Source: Eledone cirrhosa
Taxonomy: Eukaryota
Reading direction: 5' to 3'
NCBI GenBank assembly: GCA_964016885.1
Contig: CAXHJY010000247.1
Coordinates: 1-29,460 of the forward strand
Length of the DNA stretch: 29,460 nt
Part shown: positions 28,911-29,460 of the stretch, one piece after another
How positions within the stretch are numbered: the first letter of the stretch is position 1
Layout: every line of letters begins with the position of its first letter
The notes under the pieces: generated by a model
Told to the model about the DNA's origin: nothing
Seen by the model: the letters and a program-made list of their open reading frames with translations, nothing else
Databases searched by the model: none
Program-made: the position numbers and the translations under genes

Positions 28911-29460
28911 TTAATTGTAAGTTGTGATGTTGCTGTTCCACTCATATTTTCTATTTAATTTTGGTTTTAATTCTTTTATGCTTACTGCCTCTGTAATTTG
29001 CCTAAACATTGCGTCTTTCTTGTGTGTGGATTCTATTTTTATTTCTATGCTCTCTAATTTACCCCTGTGTTCTATCTTAGCATGTTGGTAGAGCACAGAT
29101 GATTCTTTACTATCTTGGAGGTCTCGCCAGTGTTCATTTATTCGTTCCCCTATACTACGAGCTGTCTCACCTATGTACACTATATTTTTGTTTCTACATT
29201 GTCCTTCAGTACATCTTATGCTATATACTACATTTCTAGTTTTACAGTTAATATGGGGGCTTATTTTACAGGTTATACATTTCTTATCTATACATGAGGG
29301 TCTTTGGAACGGGTATGTCTTGCTAATAAGTGTTTTTACGGAGGTACCAGGTCTTTCTACTATCTTAATATTGAGATTATGTTTCTTTAGGGCCCTTCTA
29401 AATTTGTAGGCTAGTTCGCCTCTAGGGGTTGTATTGATGAACATTACACTCTGGTATTTA
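28911..29460 (-). CDS. PLE polyprotein C-terminus (partial, open to the window edge): Cys-rich linker + GIY-YIG endonuclease
   Basis: C-x4-C-x2-C linker (CIDKKCITC..NCKTRNVVYSIRC), YIGETARSIGERINEH, H-x4-H, RQITEAVSI, LNRKYEWN; uninterrupted. Confidence 0.92.
   Translation of the reverse strand, partial: KYQSVMFINTTPRGELAYKFRRALKKHNLNIKIVERPGTSVKTLISKTYPFQRPSCIDKKCITCKISPHINCKTRNVVYSIRCTEGQCRNKNIVYIGETARSIGERINEHWRDLQDSKESSVLYQHAKIEHRGKLESIEIKIESTHKKDAMFRQITEAVSIKELKPKLNRKYEWNSNITTYN

Larger units (their letters stand above)
28357..29460 (-). mobile_element. Penelope-like element 4 (Neptune/Nematis-like), 3' part with pLTR, HHR and tail
   Basis: GIY-YIG ORF end, short-repeat UTR (tgtgtgttttcattttg units at 28720-28910), HHR, then a tail running into (TA)n. 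Confidence 0.88.

Overview
Eukaryotic, very AT-rich, repeat-only window with no recognisable host gene. The repeat families and the (TA)n load resemble an invertebrate genome, most plausibly an octopus or other cephalopod; this is inference from recalled SINE/LINE tails, not a search. The window is a (TA)n microsatellite field into which several retroelements are nested. (1) Four Penelope-like elements (PLEs): three with a Naiad-like GIY-YIG C-terminus (1-2160, 16796-24504, 25143-26885) and one Neptune/Nematis-like (28357-29460). They carry hammerhead ribozyme (HHR) or HHR-like motifs of different architecture. (2) A near full-length CR1-group LINE (10476-15510; ORF1 = Myb/SANT-like + polyQ + two CCCH fingers; ORF2 = APE + RT) and a 5'-truncated sister copy (8098-9702). 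(3) A 3' fragment of a second CR1-group LINE family. (4) A tRNA-derived CORE-like SINE. (5) Two solo copies of a PLE 3' tail. Best leads: an AUG-less LINE ORF2 in the -1 frame behind in-phase U UUU UUA and A AAA AAC slippery heptamers (candidate programmed -1 frameshift); a PLE whose 4.2-kb 3' region carries ~2.3 kb of microsatellite bracketed by a G-U-compatible long-range stem and was partly copied as a 2.3-kb inverted repeat; and an HHR with a 115-nt stem II. The many Ile/Tyr-rich ORFs in the track are microsatellite artefacts. All alignments and folds were done by eye; coordinates may be off by a few bases.
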